64,000 nucleotides of DNA from Collinsella aerofaciens (GCA_048532905.1 DBGFTB010000032.1:2915-66914); one strand, 5' to 3'; shown: positions 21,194 through 31,205, counted from the first letter of the stretch. Numbers and translations are program-made. The notes: generated by a model from the letters alone, not told the origin.

Positions 21194-22110
21194 TGGGATT
21201 CTTCGATGCTCTCTCGCGCGGACTTGAGCGCAGTCGCGAGGCCCTCAACGAGGTCTTTTACTTTGGCGGCGAGGTCGACGAGGATTTTTGGGAGGACCTG
21301 GAGGACACCCTCGTCATGGGTGACATGGGCGCCGAGGTCGCCATCAAGGTCTCCGATGACCTGCGCGATGCCGCGGCCAAGAAGAACCTCAAGACCGCCC
21401 CGCAACTCCGTCGCGCCCTGGCCGAGCAGCTTGAGCAGCACTTTGTGCCCACCGAGCGCGATCCGTTCTCCGATACGCCGAGCTGCGTGCTGTTTGTGGG
21501 CATTAACGGTGCCGGCAAGACCACGACGGTCGGTAAGATCGCGAGCGCCATGGCCGCCCGCGGCAAGAATGTCGTGATCGGCTCTGCCGATACGTTCCGC
21601 GCCGCCGCCATCGAGCAGCTCGATGTGTGGGGCCAGCGCGCTGGCGTCCCCGTCATCAAGCGCGAACGCGGCTCCGACCCGGCAAGTGTTTGCTACGACG
21701 TGCTCGACGAGGCCGACAAGCGCGGCAGCGACCTGGTGCTTATCGACACTGCCGGTCGTCTGCACACGAGCCCCGAGCTCATGCGCGAGCTTGCCAAGGT
21801 GGTTAACGTGACGCGTAAGCGCGCCGCCAATATGGCCGCCGGCCCCATGCCCGTTTCAGTCGTGCTCGTGATCGATGCCGCCACCGGCCAGAACGGTCTG
21901 AACCAGGCGCTCGAGTTTAACGAGGCTCTGGGCCTGGACGGTATTATCATGACGAAGCTCGACGGCACGGCTAAGGGCGGTATCGCCATGGCCGTGGCCG
22001 AGAAGCTCAAGCTCCCGATCCTGCGCGTGGGCGTGGGCGAGCAGGTCGATGACCTGCAGGAGTTCAATGCCAAAGATTTCTGCCGCGCCCTGGTGGGCGA
22101 GTCCAATTAA
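21193..22110 (+). CDS. ftsY: SRP receptor FtsY
   Basis: 'GINGAGKTTT', 'DTFRAAA', 'DTAGRL', 'TKLDGTAKGG'. Confidence 0.97.
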   Translation: MGFFDALSRGLERSREALNEVFYFGGEVDEDFWEDLEDTLVMGDMGAEVAIKVSDDLRDAAAKKNLKTAPQLRRALAEQLEQHFVPTERDPFSDTPSCVLFVGINGAGKTTTVGKIASAMAARGKNVVIGSADTFRAAAIEQLDVWGQRAGVPVIKRERGSDPASVCYDVLDEADKRGSDLVLIDTAGRLHTSPELMRELAKVVNVTRKRAANMAAGPMPVSVVLVIDAATGQNGLNQALEFNEALGLDGIIMTKLDGTAKGGIAMAVAEKLKLPILRVGVGEQVDDLQEFNAKDFCRALVGESN

Positions 22111-22120
22111 GGAGTGACTA

Positions 22121-23596
22121 GTGTTTGATTCCCTGAGCGATCGCCTCAACGACACATTTGACCGCCTGCGCGGCAAGGGCAAGCTGACCGAGGCCGATAT
22201 CACCTCGGCCATGCGCGACATTCGCATGGCGCTGCTCGAGGCCGACGTCAACTTCAAGGTCGTCAAGGAGTTCGTCGCCAAGACCAAGGAGCGCTGCATG
22301 ACCGCCGAGGTCATGGAGTCGCTGTCGCCAGCGCAAAACGTCGTCAAGATCGTGCTCGACGAGCTCACCGAGATGCTCGGCTCCACAGAGAGCAAGCTCG
22401 TCTTTAGTAACCGCATTCCCAATGTCATCATGCTCGTGGGCCTGCAGGGCTCCGGTAAGACCACGGCGGCCGTAAAGCTGGCCTACCTGCTCAAGAAGCA
22501 GGGCCGCTCGCCGCTGCTCGCCGCGTGCGACGTCTACCGTCCCGCCGCTGCCGACCAGCTTGCCACGCTCGGCGGCGAGATCGGCGTTCCGGTCTTCCGC
22601 GGTGACGGCGAGCACCCGGTCGATATCGCCAAGGGCGCCATCCAGGAGGCTGTCGACCACCTGCGCGACGTGGTCATCGTCGATACCGCCGGTCGTCTGC
22701 AGATCGACGAGCAGATGATGCAGGAGGCCGTGGACATCAAGAAGGCCGTCAAGCCCGATCAGGTGCTGATGGTCGTCGATGCCATGACCGGCCAGGATAT
22801 TGTCAACGTCGTCTCGACCTTCGCCGAGCGCACCGACTTTGACGGCGTGATCATCTCTAAGCTCGACGGCGATGCCCGTGGCGGTGGCGCGCTTTCGGTG
22901 CGCCAGGTGACCGGCAAGCCCATCAAGTTCGTGAGCATGGGCGAGAAACCCGATTCGCTTGAGCCGTTCTATCCCGATCGTATGGCCAAGCGAATCTTGG
23001 GCATGGGCGATGTTGTCGGCATCATCGAGAAGGCCCAGGAGGCGGCCGACGCAGAGCAGCTCGAGGCCGCCGAGCGCATGCTGCGCGAGGGCTTTACCAT
23101 GAACGACATGCTCGACCAGATGAAAGCCGTCAAGAAGATGGGCGGCATGAAGGGCATCTTGGGCATGCTTCCCGGCGGCCAGCGCGCGCTCAACCAGATG
23201 GGCGGCAACCTGGACGAGGGCATCTTCGACAAGAACGAGGCCATTATCATGTCGATGACCAAGGAGGAGCGCCTGCGTCCCTCCATCATCAACGGTCAGC
23301 GCCGTGCCCGCATTGCCAAGGGCGCCGGCGTGACCCCCACCGAGGTCAATAGCCTTATGAAGCAGTGGGGCGAGATGAATAAGATGATGGGCCGCATGCG
23401 CACGATGGCCAATCAGGCTCAGGCCGGCGGCAAGAAGGGCAAGAAGGGTAAGAAGGGCAAGAAGATGCGCATGCCCAATATCCCTGGCCTGGACGCTATG
23501 GGTCTGGGCGGCATGGGCGGCCTGGGTACGGGCGGCCCCAAGTCCGATATGGACCTGCTGCGCCAGATGGAAGCGCAGATGCGTAATAAGAAGTAA
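22121..23596 (+). CDS. ffh: Signal recognition particle protein Ffh
   Basis: 'GLQGSGKTT', 'DTAGRLQ', Met-rich M domain. Confidence 0.98.
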   Translation: MFDSLSDRLNDTFDRLRGKGKLTEADITSAMRDIRMALLEADVNFKVVKEFVAKTKERCMTAEVMESLSPAQNVVKIVLDELTEMLGSTESKLVFSNRIPNVIMLVGLQGSGKTTAAVKLAYLLKKQGRSPLLAACDVYRPAAADQLATLGGEIGVPVFRGDGEHPVDIAKGAIQEAVDHLRDVVIVDTAGRLQIDEQMMQEAVDIKKAVKPDQVLMVVDAMTGQDIVNVVSTFAERTDFDGVIISKLDGDARGGGALSVRQVTGKPIKFVSMGEKPDSLEPFYPDRMAKRILGMGDVVGIIEKAQEAADAEQLEAAERMLREGFTMNDMLDQMKAVKKMGGMKGILGMLPGGQRALNQMGGNLDEGIFDKNEAIIMSMTKEERLRPSIINGQRRARIAKGAGVTPTEVNSLMKQWGEMNKMMGRMRTMANQAQAGGKKGKKGKKGKKMRMPNIPGLDAMGLGGMGGLGTGGPKSDMDLLRQMEAQMRNKK

Positions 23597-23617
23597 CGGC
23601 TGGTTGAGTCGAGTATG

Positions 23618-23660
23618 GCGAAGGCCGCCTGGATGGTACTCCAGGCGGCCTTCGTCGTTC
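23618..23660. terminator. Hairpin between convergent genes (likely bidirectional terminator)
   Basis: GGCGAAGGCCGCCTGGA...TCCAGGCGGCCTTCGTC. Confidence 0.7.
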
Positions 23661-23712
23661 GTTCGCAGGTTGTCGCACGCGCGGAAGCGTGCTGGCGCTG
23701 GGGTATGTGCCG

Positions 23713-24477
23713 CTAGTGGCAGCCGCAGCCCTCGTGGCCCTCGTGCTCGTGATGGCCGTGGCAACCACAGGATTCGCCGTGCTCATGGGCGTGCTCGTAG
23801 TCATGGCCGTGGCAGCCGCACGTGGCCTCGCCGGTCTGCGCGAGCGTGCCGGCAATGAGGGCCTCGACGCAGGCATCGCAGCTGCCCTGGGCGCCCGCAT
23901 AGACCGTGATGCCGGCTTGAGCAAGCGCGTTGATAGCGCCACCGCCGATACCGCCACAAATGAGCGTATCAACACCACCGTTGGCAAGCAGGCCTGCCAA
24001 GGCGCCGTGGCCGGTGCCGCCGGTGCCTACGACCTGCTCGTTGAGCACCTTGCCGTCCTGAATGTCGTAGATCTTGAACTGCTCGCTGCGGCCAAAGTGC
24101 ATAAAGATGTTGCCGTTGTCGTACGTGGTTGCCACCCTCATGGTGCCGACCTCCCTTGCTGGCCATGCGGCCGTTGTCGTGGTGATGGGGGAGTATGCGA
24201 TATTGCCGCCCTCGATGATAATCGCCCGTCCATTGACCAACGCGTTTGCCACCTTGCGATGCGCGCGGCTGCAGATTGCCGCCACCGTGGCGCGGGCAAT
24301 GCCCATGTGCTGGGCGACTGCCTCTTGGTTAAGGCCTTCCAAGTCGCATAGGCGCAGCACCTCGAGCTCGTCGACTGTCATATCGATGGCGTCGCCGCTC
24401 GCCAGGCCATCGGGGGTAAAACCGCGATATTCGGGGATGATCCCAACACGGCGCAATTTCTCGCGTCTTCCTGCCAT
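23713..24477 (-). CDS. DUF134 (HTH) - NifB/NifX (FeMo-cofactor-binding family) fusion with His/Cys-rich tail
   Basis: 'DELEVLRLCDLEGLNQE..A..MGIARAT...AHRKVANALVNG', then 'HFGRSEQF...ICGGIGGGA', tail 'CGCHGHDYEHAHEH'; AAGGAG RBS. Confidence 0.88.
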   Translation of the reverse strand: MAGRREKLRRVGIIPEYRGFTPDGLASGDAIDMTVDELEVLRLCDLEGLNQEAVAQHMGIARATVAAICSRAHRKVANALVNGRAIIIEGGNIAYSPITTTTAAWPAREVGTMRVATTYDNGNIFMHFGRSEQFKIYDIQDGKVLNEQVVGTGGTGHGALAGLLANGGVDTLICGGIGGGAINALAQAGITVYAGAQGSCDACVEALIAGTLAQTGEATCGCHGHDYEHAHEHGESCGCHGHHEHEGHEGCGCH

Positions 24478-24491
24478 GCGCACTCCTTATC

Positions 24492-24560
24492 TGACATATG
24501 TCAACAATAGAATAGCGAACGTGCGGATTTGCGCAAGGAATTTCTGTCATATGTCAGAAA
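24492..24560. promoter_or_regulatory. Two palindromic operators flanking a minus-strand promoter
   Basis: TGACATATGTCA (24492-24503) and TTTCTGTCATATGTCAGAAA (24541-24560); TTGCGC-N16-TATTCT between them on the minus strand. Confidence 0.72.
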
Positions 24561-24693
24561 AAGGCAAAGGTGTTCCGCTTGTGAATGCGGTCCGTGCTGC
24601 CGTGCATTGCGTGTGCCCGTCCAAGTGTCCAATCCGACACTGCACGCCTGGGCTACAATAAAAATCGCTTATAGGCGACTGACGGGAGGGTCA

Positions 24694-25542
24694 ATGAGCA
24701 AGGCTGATCAACAGTTTGTAACCATGTGCCGCGATATCTTGGACCATGGCACCACCACCGAGGGCCAAAAGGTCCGCCCGGTGTGGGAGGATGGCACCCC
24801 TGCCTATACCATTAAAAACTTTGGCGTCACGGCGCGCTACGACCTGCGCGAGGAGTTCCCCGCGCTTACGCTGCGTCGTACGGCGCTCAAGTCTGCCATG
24901 GACGAGATCCTGTGGATCTATCAAAAGAAGTCTAATAACGTACATGATCTTAACAGCCATATTTGGGACGAGTGGGCCGACGAGACCGGCTCTATCGGCA
25001 AGGCCTACGGGTACCAAATTGGCCAGAAAAGCCATTATGCCGAGGGCGATTTCGACCAGATGGACCGCGTGCTGTACGACCTTAAGCATACGCCGTACAG
25101 CCGCCGCATCATGACCAACACGTACGTGTTCAGCGACCTTTCCGAGATGCACCTGTATCCGTGCGCCTACAGCGTGACGTATAACGTCACGCAGCGCCCG
25201 CAGGACGATAAGCCCACGCTCAACATGATTCTCAACCAGCGCAGCCAGGACATTTTGGCCGCGAACAACTGGAATGTGTGCCAGTACGCCATCTTGCTGA
25301 TGATGGTCGCACAGTCGGTCGATATGATCGCTGGCGAGCTGCTGCATGTGATTGCCGATGCCCACATTTACGACCGTCATGTTGATATCGTTCGCGAGCT
25401 TATCGAGCGTCCGCAGTTTGCGGCGCCTAAGGTAACGCTGAACCCCGACGTGCATGACTTCTATGCGTTTACGACCGACGATCTGATCGTCGAGGGCTAC
25501 GAGCACGGCCCACAGGTCAAGAACATCCCCATTGCGGTGTAG
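24694..25542 (+). CDS. thyA: Thymidylate synthase
   Basis: 'IWDEWAD', 'LYPCAY', 'QRSQD', 'DAHIYDRH'; GGGAGG RBS. Confidence 0.96.
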   Translation: MSKADQQFVTMCRDILDHGTTTEGQKVRPVWEDGTPAYTIKNFGVTARYDLREEFPALTLRRTALKSAMDEILWIYQKKSNNVHDLNSHIWDEWADETGSIGKAYGYQIGQKSHYAEGDFDQMDRVLYDLKHTPYSRRIMTNTYVFSDLSEMHLYPCAYSVTYNVTQRPQDDKPTLNMILNQRSQDILAANNWNVCQYAILLMMVAQSVDMIAGELLHVIADAHIYDRHVDIVRELIERPQFAAPKVTLNPDVHDFYAFTTDDLIVEGYEHGPQVKNIPIAV

Positions 25543-25551
25543 GTGGCGCTC

Positions 25552-26070
25552 ATGACGTGTAAGCTTTCTGCCATCGTCGCTGTGTGTGACGACTGGGGCA
25601 TTGGGTGCGATGGCGATATGGTGGTGTCCAATCGCGCCGACATGCGCCATTTTGTGGCGTGCACCAAAGGTCGACCGGTCATTATGGGGCGCAAGACCCT
25701 GCTGAGTTTTCCCGGCGGGCGTCCGCTCAAGAACCGCCGCAATATCGTGCTCACCCGCGACGAGAGCTTTGCCCCCGAGGGCGTCGACGTGGTGCATAGT
25801 ATCGACGAGGCGCTCGCCGCGGTTGCCGATGAACCCGTTGCCTGGGTGATCGGTGGCGGCGATGTCTATCGGCAGTTTTTGCCGTATTGCGTCGAGGCCG
25901 AGGTCACGCATAACCACTGCGTCCATGTCGTGGATGCGTACTTTCCCGATTTGGAAGCCGATCCTGCGTGGGAGATTGCGCAGCGTAGCGGGGTCGCGAC
26001 GATTGCCGCCGGTGAGGGTGACGAGGGCGTCGATTATGAGTTCGTGACGTATCGTCGCATCGAGGCTTAA
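25552..26070 (+). CDS. folA: Dihydrofolate reductase
   Basis: 'VIMGRKT..S', 'PLKNRRNIVLTR', 'VIGGGDVY'. Confidence 0.95.
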   Translation: MTCKLSAIVAVCDDWGIGCDGDMVVSNRADMRHFVACTKGRPVIMGRKTLLSFPGGRPLKNRRNIVLTRDESFAPEGVDVVHSIDEALAAVADEPVAWVIGGGDVYRQFLPYCVEAEVTHNHCVHVVDAYFPDLEADPAWEIAQRSGVATIAAGEGDEGVDYEFVTYRRIEA

Positions 26071-26179
26071 AACCGATTATCCCTTCGGTATTATCGGGTT
26101 GAAATGAATGACGGGGTGGCGCATGGCGTTGCCCCGATATTTGTATAGGTGCTGCAAAGAAAGGTGCGGGCTGGCTTCT

Positions 26180-27094
26180 ATGACTGATGCCGTTGAGGTT
26201 CTGCGAATTGATTCGCTCGAGGACGAGCGGCTCGATGCCTATGTGCGACTGACCGAGCGCGAGCTGCGCTGCGTGTTGGAGCCGCAGAAGGGCATTTTTA
26301 TCGCCGAGAGCGCCAAGGTTATCGAGCGCGCGGTGCGTGCCGGATATCAGCCGGTGAGCTTTCTTTTGGGCGAACGCTGGCTCGACCAGATGATGCCGCT
26401 GTTTGAGCGCCTAGTCGTGCGCGAGGGCGCTGGTCCTGTTCCTGTGTTCGTGGCCTCCATGGAGCTCATGGAGCAGTTGACGGGCTTTAACGTGACGCGT
26501 GGTGCGCTTGCGGCGTTCCGTCGCCCGCGTCAGATTCCGGTTGATGAGTTCTTGGGCGGCGTCGTCGAGGCGGCGGGGGATCGTCCGGTGCGCGTGTGCG
26601 TGCTTGAGGGTATTGTCGATCACACCAATGTTGGCGCGATTTTTCGCTCGGCTGCCGCATTGAACGTTGACGGTATTCTGGTGAGCCCTACGTGCTGCGA
26701 CCCGCTGTACCGTCGCTCGGCCCGGGTGAGCATGGGCACCGTGTTTCAGGTGCCGTGGACGCGTATTGGCAGTGAGGCGCGCGTGTGGCCGCATGATGGC
26801 CTGGCAGCGCTTCATGATGCCGGCTTTTCGTGTGCCGCTATGGCGTTGACGGACGACTCTGTTTCGCTTGATGATCCTGTGCTGCAGAAAATTGATCGCT
26901 TGGCGATCTTTATGGGTACCGAGGGTGCCGGCCTGGGCGCCAAGACTATCGCGGGCTGTGACCGGGCCGTGCGCATTCCGATGGCGCACGGGGTCGATTC
27001 GCTCAACGTGGCCGCGGCGAGTGCCGTCGCCTTTTGGCAGCTGTGCCCGCACGTGAGCAACGAGTATCACTACCAGCCGGGGCTGTATCACTAG
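26180..27094 (+). CDS. TrmH/SpoU family RNA methyltransferase
   Basis: 'DHTNVGAIFRSA', 'GTEGAGL', 'IPM..GVDSLNVAAA'. Confidence 0.92.
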   Translation: MTDAVEVLRIDSLEDERLDAYVRLTERELRCVLEPQKGIFIAESAKVIERAVRAGYQPVSFLLGERWLDQMMPLFERLVVREGAGPVPVFVASMELMEQLTGFNVTRGALAAFRRPRQIPVDEFLGGVVEAAGDRPVRVCVLEGIVDHTNVGAIFRSAAALNVDGILVSPTCCDPLYRRSARVSMGTVFQVPWTRIGSEARVWPHDGLAALHDAGFSCAAMALTDDSVSLDDPVLQKIDRLAIFMGTEGAGLGAKTIAGCDRAVRIPMAHGVDSLNVAAASAVAFWQLCPHVSNEYHYQPGLYH

Positions 27095-27219
27095 GCAGAT
27101 AGTTCGCACCGGGATCTGATTCGGGGTGTTTCGGTCGACGCCGGTCGGTGCTAAGCTGCTATTGGCTTTGGTCTTAAATTGCCGTTTTGTTGTCTGACGT
27201 ACGCTGGTGGGGAGGGCGT

Positions 27220-28569
27220 GTGGCTAAGAAATCTACGGCTATCGATGTAACGCAGGGTGTCATTTGGCAGCAACTACTGTCGCTGTGCGTTCCCATCTTT
27301 TTTAGTTCGTTTTTTCAGCAGGCCTACACGCTTATCGGTACCTATATCGTCGGTCAGTTTGGCGGCAAACTCGCGTTGGGCGGCATTCAGGCCACGATGG
27401 TCCTCACCGAGCTCTGCATTGGCTTTTGCGTTGGCGTCGGCGCCGGCTGCGCGGTCATTACCGGTCAGTATTTTGGCCAGCACGATGATGAACGGCTGAG
27501 TCGTTCGGTCCATACCGCCATGACGCTCGCGCTGGTGGGCGGTATCGTTTTCTCGATTCTTGGCATAGTGTTCGTTGAGCCCATGCTGGTGCTTATGAAC
27601 ACGCCGCATGAACTATTGGCCGAGGGCGTGGCCTATGCTCGCTGTTATTTTGCCGCGATGGTTGCGGCACTGCTGCTGAATATGGGAACCGCACTGCTGC
27701 GTGCCGTGGGCGATACGCGCGGGCCTGCCGTGATCATTGCCTCTGGCTGCCTGGTTAACGTGGTGCTGGATATCATCTTTGTCGCTGTGTTGCATATGGA
27801 GGCGCTGGGCTGCGGCATCGCAGTGGCGCTGACCATTTGCTCCAATGCAACGATGATCGTGTTGCGCATGATGCGCGCTCCGGGTGCATGGCGTCTTTCG
27901 CTGTCTAAGCTCGGCATCGATCGCGGTATTTGCAAGAGTATGATCTCGTGTGGTCTGCCACTCGGTTTTCAATCGGCTGCCTATTCGATCTCGAACGTGC
28001 TGATCCAGGTGTCGGTTAATTCGTTTGGCGCCGATGTCACGACTGCTTGGGGTCTATCTGGGCGCCTGGATGGCATTATCTGGATGGTGACCGAGGCGCT
28101 CGGCGTGTCGATCACCACGTTCTCGGCACAGAACTTTGGCGCGCGCAACTACGAGCGCATGCACAAGGGCTACCATACGTCGCTCGTGCTGTCGTTTATG
28201 CTCATTGGTGGCCTGTCTGCCGTGCTGCTGGTGTTCTCGGGCCCGCTGTCGCGTTTGTTTGTCGACGATGCTTCGATTTCGGCGTACACCACGACGATTC
28301 TTCATTTCATCGCGCCGTTCTACGCGATCTTCTCGATTATCGAAAACGCGTCGGGCTCCATTCGCGGTGCCGGCGTGAGCTTGCAGCCCATGCTGCTCAC
28401 GATTTTTGGCACTGTCGTGCTCAGGGTGATCTGGGTGTTTGCGATTATGCCGTTCGATCCGTCGCTTGAGCACCTGCTGCTTGTCTACCCCGTAACCTGG
28501 CTCATTACGGCCACGATGTTCACCATCTACCACCACAGCGGCAACTGGCTAGGCCGCGCCATCGCCTAA
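27220..28569 (+). CDS. MATE family efflux transporter
   Basis: ~12 hydrophobic segments, 'LRAVGDTRGP', 'SAQNFGARNY'. Confidence 0.92.
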   Translation: MAKKSTAIDVTQGVIWQQLLSLCVPIFFSSFFQQAYTLIGTYIVGQFGGKLALGGIQATMVLTELCIGFCVGVGAGCAVITGQYFGQHDDERLSRSVHTAMTLALVGGIVFSILGIVFVEPMLVLMNTPHELLAEGVAYARCYFAAMVAALLLNMGTALLRAVGDTRGPAVIIASGCLVNVVLDIIFVAVLHMEALGCGIAVALTICSNATMIVLRMMRAPGAWRLSLSKLGIDRGICKSMISCGLPLGFQSAAYSISNVLIQVSVNSFGADVTTAWGLSGRLDGIIWMVTEALGVSITTFSAQNFGARNYERMHKGYHTSLVLSFMLIGGLSAVLLVFSGPLSRLFVDDASISAYTTTILHFIAPFYAIFSIIENASGSIRGAGVSLQPMLLTIFGTVVLRVIWVFAIMPFDPSLEHLLLVYPVTWLITATMFTIYHHSGNWLGRAIA

Positions 28570-28578
28570 TGATCCCTT

Positions 28579-28643
28579 GGGGCGGAGGAAAACGGATCAT
28601 TGCTCTCCGTCGTGATGTCGATGATCCGTTTTCCTCCGTCCCC
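28579..28643. repeat. Long palindrome between convergent genes (REP-like/bidirectional terminator)
   Basis: GGGGCGGAGGAAAACGGATCATTG ... CGATGATCCGTTTTCCTCCGTCCCC. Confidence 0.72.
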
Positions 28644-28653
28644 TTCGGTTTCA

Positions 28654-29139
28654 TTAGTATTTAATGCCTTGGCGGGCCAGGAGGCCTTCGTCGAAGTAGT
28701 GTTTGACGGGGCGCATTTCTGTGACCAGGTCGGCGAGGTCCGCGAGGGGCAGCAGGCCGCGGCCGGTCAGTACGAGCTCTTTGTTGTCGGGTTTCATCGC
28801 GATCAGTTCCTCGACATCCTCTCGCGCCACAAAGCCTCGGCGCATGGCTTCTCCTAACTCATCCAGGATCAGCACGTCAACTTGCGAAATCTGCTCGCGT
28901 GCGAGCTCCATGATCTGTGCGGCGCAGGCCTCGGGTGTGTCGCGGTCGGCTTGTACGATGCGTAGCCCCAAACGAGGTGCTGCATCATGTTCGGCGCAGT
29001 GCAGCTTCTTGGCAAACTGAAGCATGAGCACGTTAAGTCCATAGCCCGTGGCGCGCAGCGCGAACCCCAGCGCAGCCGTCGTCTTACCCTTGCCGTCGCC
29101 CGTATAGATCTGAACCTTGCCGACTTCCAGTGATGCCAT
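28654..29139 (-). CDS. cobO: Cob(I)yrinic acid a,c-diamide adenosyltransferase (CobO/BtuR type)
   Basis: 'IYTGDGKGKTTAALG', 'LILDE', 'ELVLTGR', 'ADLVTEM...KHYF..G..ARQGI'. Confidence 0.92.
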   Translation of the reverse strand: MASLEVGKVQIYTGDGKGKTTAALGFALRATGYGLNVLMLQFAKKLHCAEHDAAPRLGLRIVQADRDTPEACAAQIMELAREQISQVDVLILDELGEAMRRGFVAREDVEELIAMKPDNKELVLTGRGLLPLADLADLVTEMRPVKHYFDEGLLARQGIKY

Positions 29140-29164
29140 CTCTGTCCTTTCGTGCCCGGCGTCG

Positions 29165-29189
29165 GTTTATCACCGCTCGGGTTGGGTAT
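29165..29189 (+). promoter_or_regulatory. SigB/SigF-type promoter upstream of ftsH
   Basis: GTTTAT-N13-GGGTAT. Confidence 0.55.
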
Positions 29190-29216
29190 TCTAGAAACCA
29201 TTATCAACCCCAGTAG

Positions 29217-31124
29217 ATGGAGTTCAAGCAGATGGAGATGGATGACAACAAGCGTAGACGGAATATGATCCTCTACGTGCTCATCGCCTTCGTCGTCTAC
29301 CTCGTGCTCTCGACCGTTCTGTTCCCCAACATCGGTCACACGCAGCAGATTACGAAGACCGATTACTCGACGTTTGTCAAAGCGCTCGATAAGAAGAGCG
29401 TCGACAAGGTCGAGTACAGCACGGACGATTACACGATTTATTATACTAAGAAGGGCGAGGACGAGAACATCGCCTACAAGACGACCGGTGTGCCGAATGA
29501 TGCGGGCTTTACCGATCGCGTGCTTGAGTCTGGCGCTTCGCTGGAGTCGGTTGTTCCCGATAAAAACTCGGGTTTGATGACCTACTACCTGCTCACGCTC
29601 ATTCTTCCTATGGCGATTTTCTTCCTCATCGGTTGGTGGCTCAACCGCCGCATGAAGAAGGCTATGGGCGATGACGGCCCGTCGATGAACTTTGGCGGCG
29701 GCGGTTTTGGCGGCGGCGGACTGGGTAAGTCCGGCGCGCGCGTGATCGCCTCCAAGGACGTGGGCGTTACCTTTAAGGATGTCGCCGGCCAGGAAGAGGC
29801 CAAGGAGTCTCTCAAGGAGGTCGTCGACTTTCTAGAGAAACCGCAGCGCTACGAGGAGATCGGCGCCAAGCTGCCGCGCGGTGCTCTCCTTGTTGGTCCT
29901 CCGGGTACCGGTAAGACCCTGCTTGCCAAGGCTGTTGCCGGCGAGGCCGGTGTTCCGTTCTTTAGCATTTCGGGCTCTGAGTTCGTTGAGATGTTTGTTG
30001 GTCGCGGCGCTGCAAAGGTTCGTGACCTGTTTAAGCAGGCCAAGGAAAAGGCCCCGTGTATCGTCTTTATCGACGAGATCGATACCATTGGTAAGAAGCG
30101 CGATGGCGGCGGCTTTAGCGGCAACGACGAGCGCGAGCAGACGCTCAATCAGTTGCTGACCGAGATGGATGGCTTCGATAACCACAAGGGTATCGTTGTC
30201 CTTGCCGCAACCAACCGCCCCGACAGTCTCGATCCCGCTCTACTGCGCCCCGGTCGTTTTGACCGCCGCATCCCCGTCGAGTTGCCCGATCTGACCGGCC
30301 GTAAGAACATCCTCGAGCTCCACGCCAAGAGTGTGAAGACCCAGCCGCCGATCGATCTGACCGCGATTGCCCGCGCCACGCCCGGTGCCTCGGGCGCCGA
30401 CCTGGCCAATATCATCAACGAGGGCGCTCTGCGCGCCGTTCGCGAGGGTCGCAAGCGTGCAACCCAGGATGACTTTGAGGAGTCGGTGGAGGTCGTCATC
30501 GCCGGTCAGCAGCGCAAGTCCACGGTGCTGTCCGACCACGAGAAGCAGGTCGTTTCTTATCACGAGATCGGCCATGCTATTGTTGCCGCCCGCCAGAAGG
30601 GCTCTGCGCCGGTTACCAAGATCACCATCGTGCCGCGCACGAGCGGTGCTCTGGGCTACACCATGCAGGTGGAGGAGGACGAGCGCTTCCTGACCACACG
30701 CCAGGAGGTCCTGGACAAGCTCGCCGTCTATTGCGGTGGCCGTGCGGCCGAGGAGCTCATTTTTGGTGAGATGACGACCGGCGCCGCCAACGATATCGAG
30801 CAGGCCACCAAGCTCGCCCGCAACATGGTGACGCGCTTTGGTATGTCCGACGAGTTTGGCATGATGGCGCTCGGTACCGTGCAGAACGCGTATCTCAATC
30901 AGGACACGTCGCTCACCTGCGCCCCTGGTACGGCCGAGCGTGTGGACGCGATTGTCGCTAAGCTGATCGAGGACGCGCACGATCGCGCCCTGCAGATCCT
31001 CAAGGAGAACAAGTTCAAGCTCCATGAGCTGGCTCGTTATCTGTACAAGAAGGAGACCATCACGGGTGAGGAGTTCATGAACCTCCTCACGCGCGAGAAT
31101 CCGCTGATGCCCAAGCAACAGTAA
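29217..31124 (+). CDS. ftsH: ATP-dependent zinc metalloprotease FtsH
   Basis: Two TM helices, 'GPPGTGKT', 'FIDEID', 'RPGRFDR', HEIGH; exact start uncertain (ATG 29217/29232/29238). Confidence 0.96.
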   Translation: MEFKQMEMDDNKRRRNMILYVLIAFVVYLVLSTVLFPNIGHTQQITKTDYSTFVKALDKKSVDKVEYSTDDYTIYYTKKGEDENIAYKTTGVPNDAGFTDRVLESGASLESVVPDKNSGLMTYYLLTLILPMAIFFLIGWWLNRRMKKAMGDDGPSMNFGGGGFGGGGLGKSGARVIASKDVGVTFKDVAGQEEAKESLKEVVDFLEKPQRYEEIGAKLPRGALLVGPPGTGKTLLAKAVAGEAGVPFFSISGSEFVEMFVGRGAAKVRDLFKQAKEKAPCIVFIDEIDTIGKKRDGGGFSGNDEREQTLNQLLTEMDGFDNHKGIVVLAATNRPDSLDPALLRPGRFDRRIPVELPDLTGRKNILELHAKSVKTQPPIDLTAIARATPGASGADLANIINEGALRAVREGRKRATQDDFEESVEVVIAGQQRKSTVLSDHEKQVVSYHEIGHAIVAARQKGSAPVTKITIVPRTSGALGYTMQVEEDERFLTTRQEVLDKLAVYCGGRAAEELIFGEMTTGAANDIEQATKLARNMVTRFGMSDEFGMMALGTVQNAYLNQDTSLTCAPGTAERVDAIVAKLIEDAHDRALQILKENKFKLHELARYLYKKETITGEEFMNLLTRENPLMPKQQ

Positions 31125-31150
31125 AGCCGCGGTCGAGCCAGTAAACGCCG

Positions 31151-31188
31151 ACGCCCCATTTGAGCAGCTTTCTCAAATGGGGCGTTTT
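31151..31188 (+). terminator. Rho-independent terminator after ftsH
   Basis: ACGCCCCATTTGAG...CTCAAATGGGGCGTTTT. Confidence 0.8.
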
Positions 31189-31205
31189 GCTTGAGAGGGA
31201 TGGAA

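Noticed and set aside
23431..23466. AAGAAGGGC-type tandem repeat in ffh
   Set aside because: In-frame Lys/Gly-rich M-domain tail; ordinary low complexity, not a phase-variation tract.
23689..24351. 220-aa plus-strand hydrophobic ORF
   Set aside because: Antisense to the DUF134-NifX gene; the hydrophobic look comes from reversed His/Cys codons.
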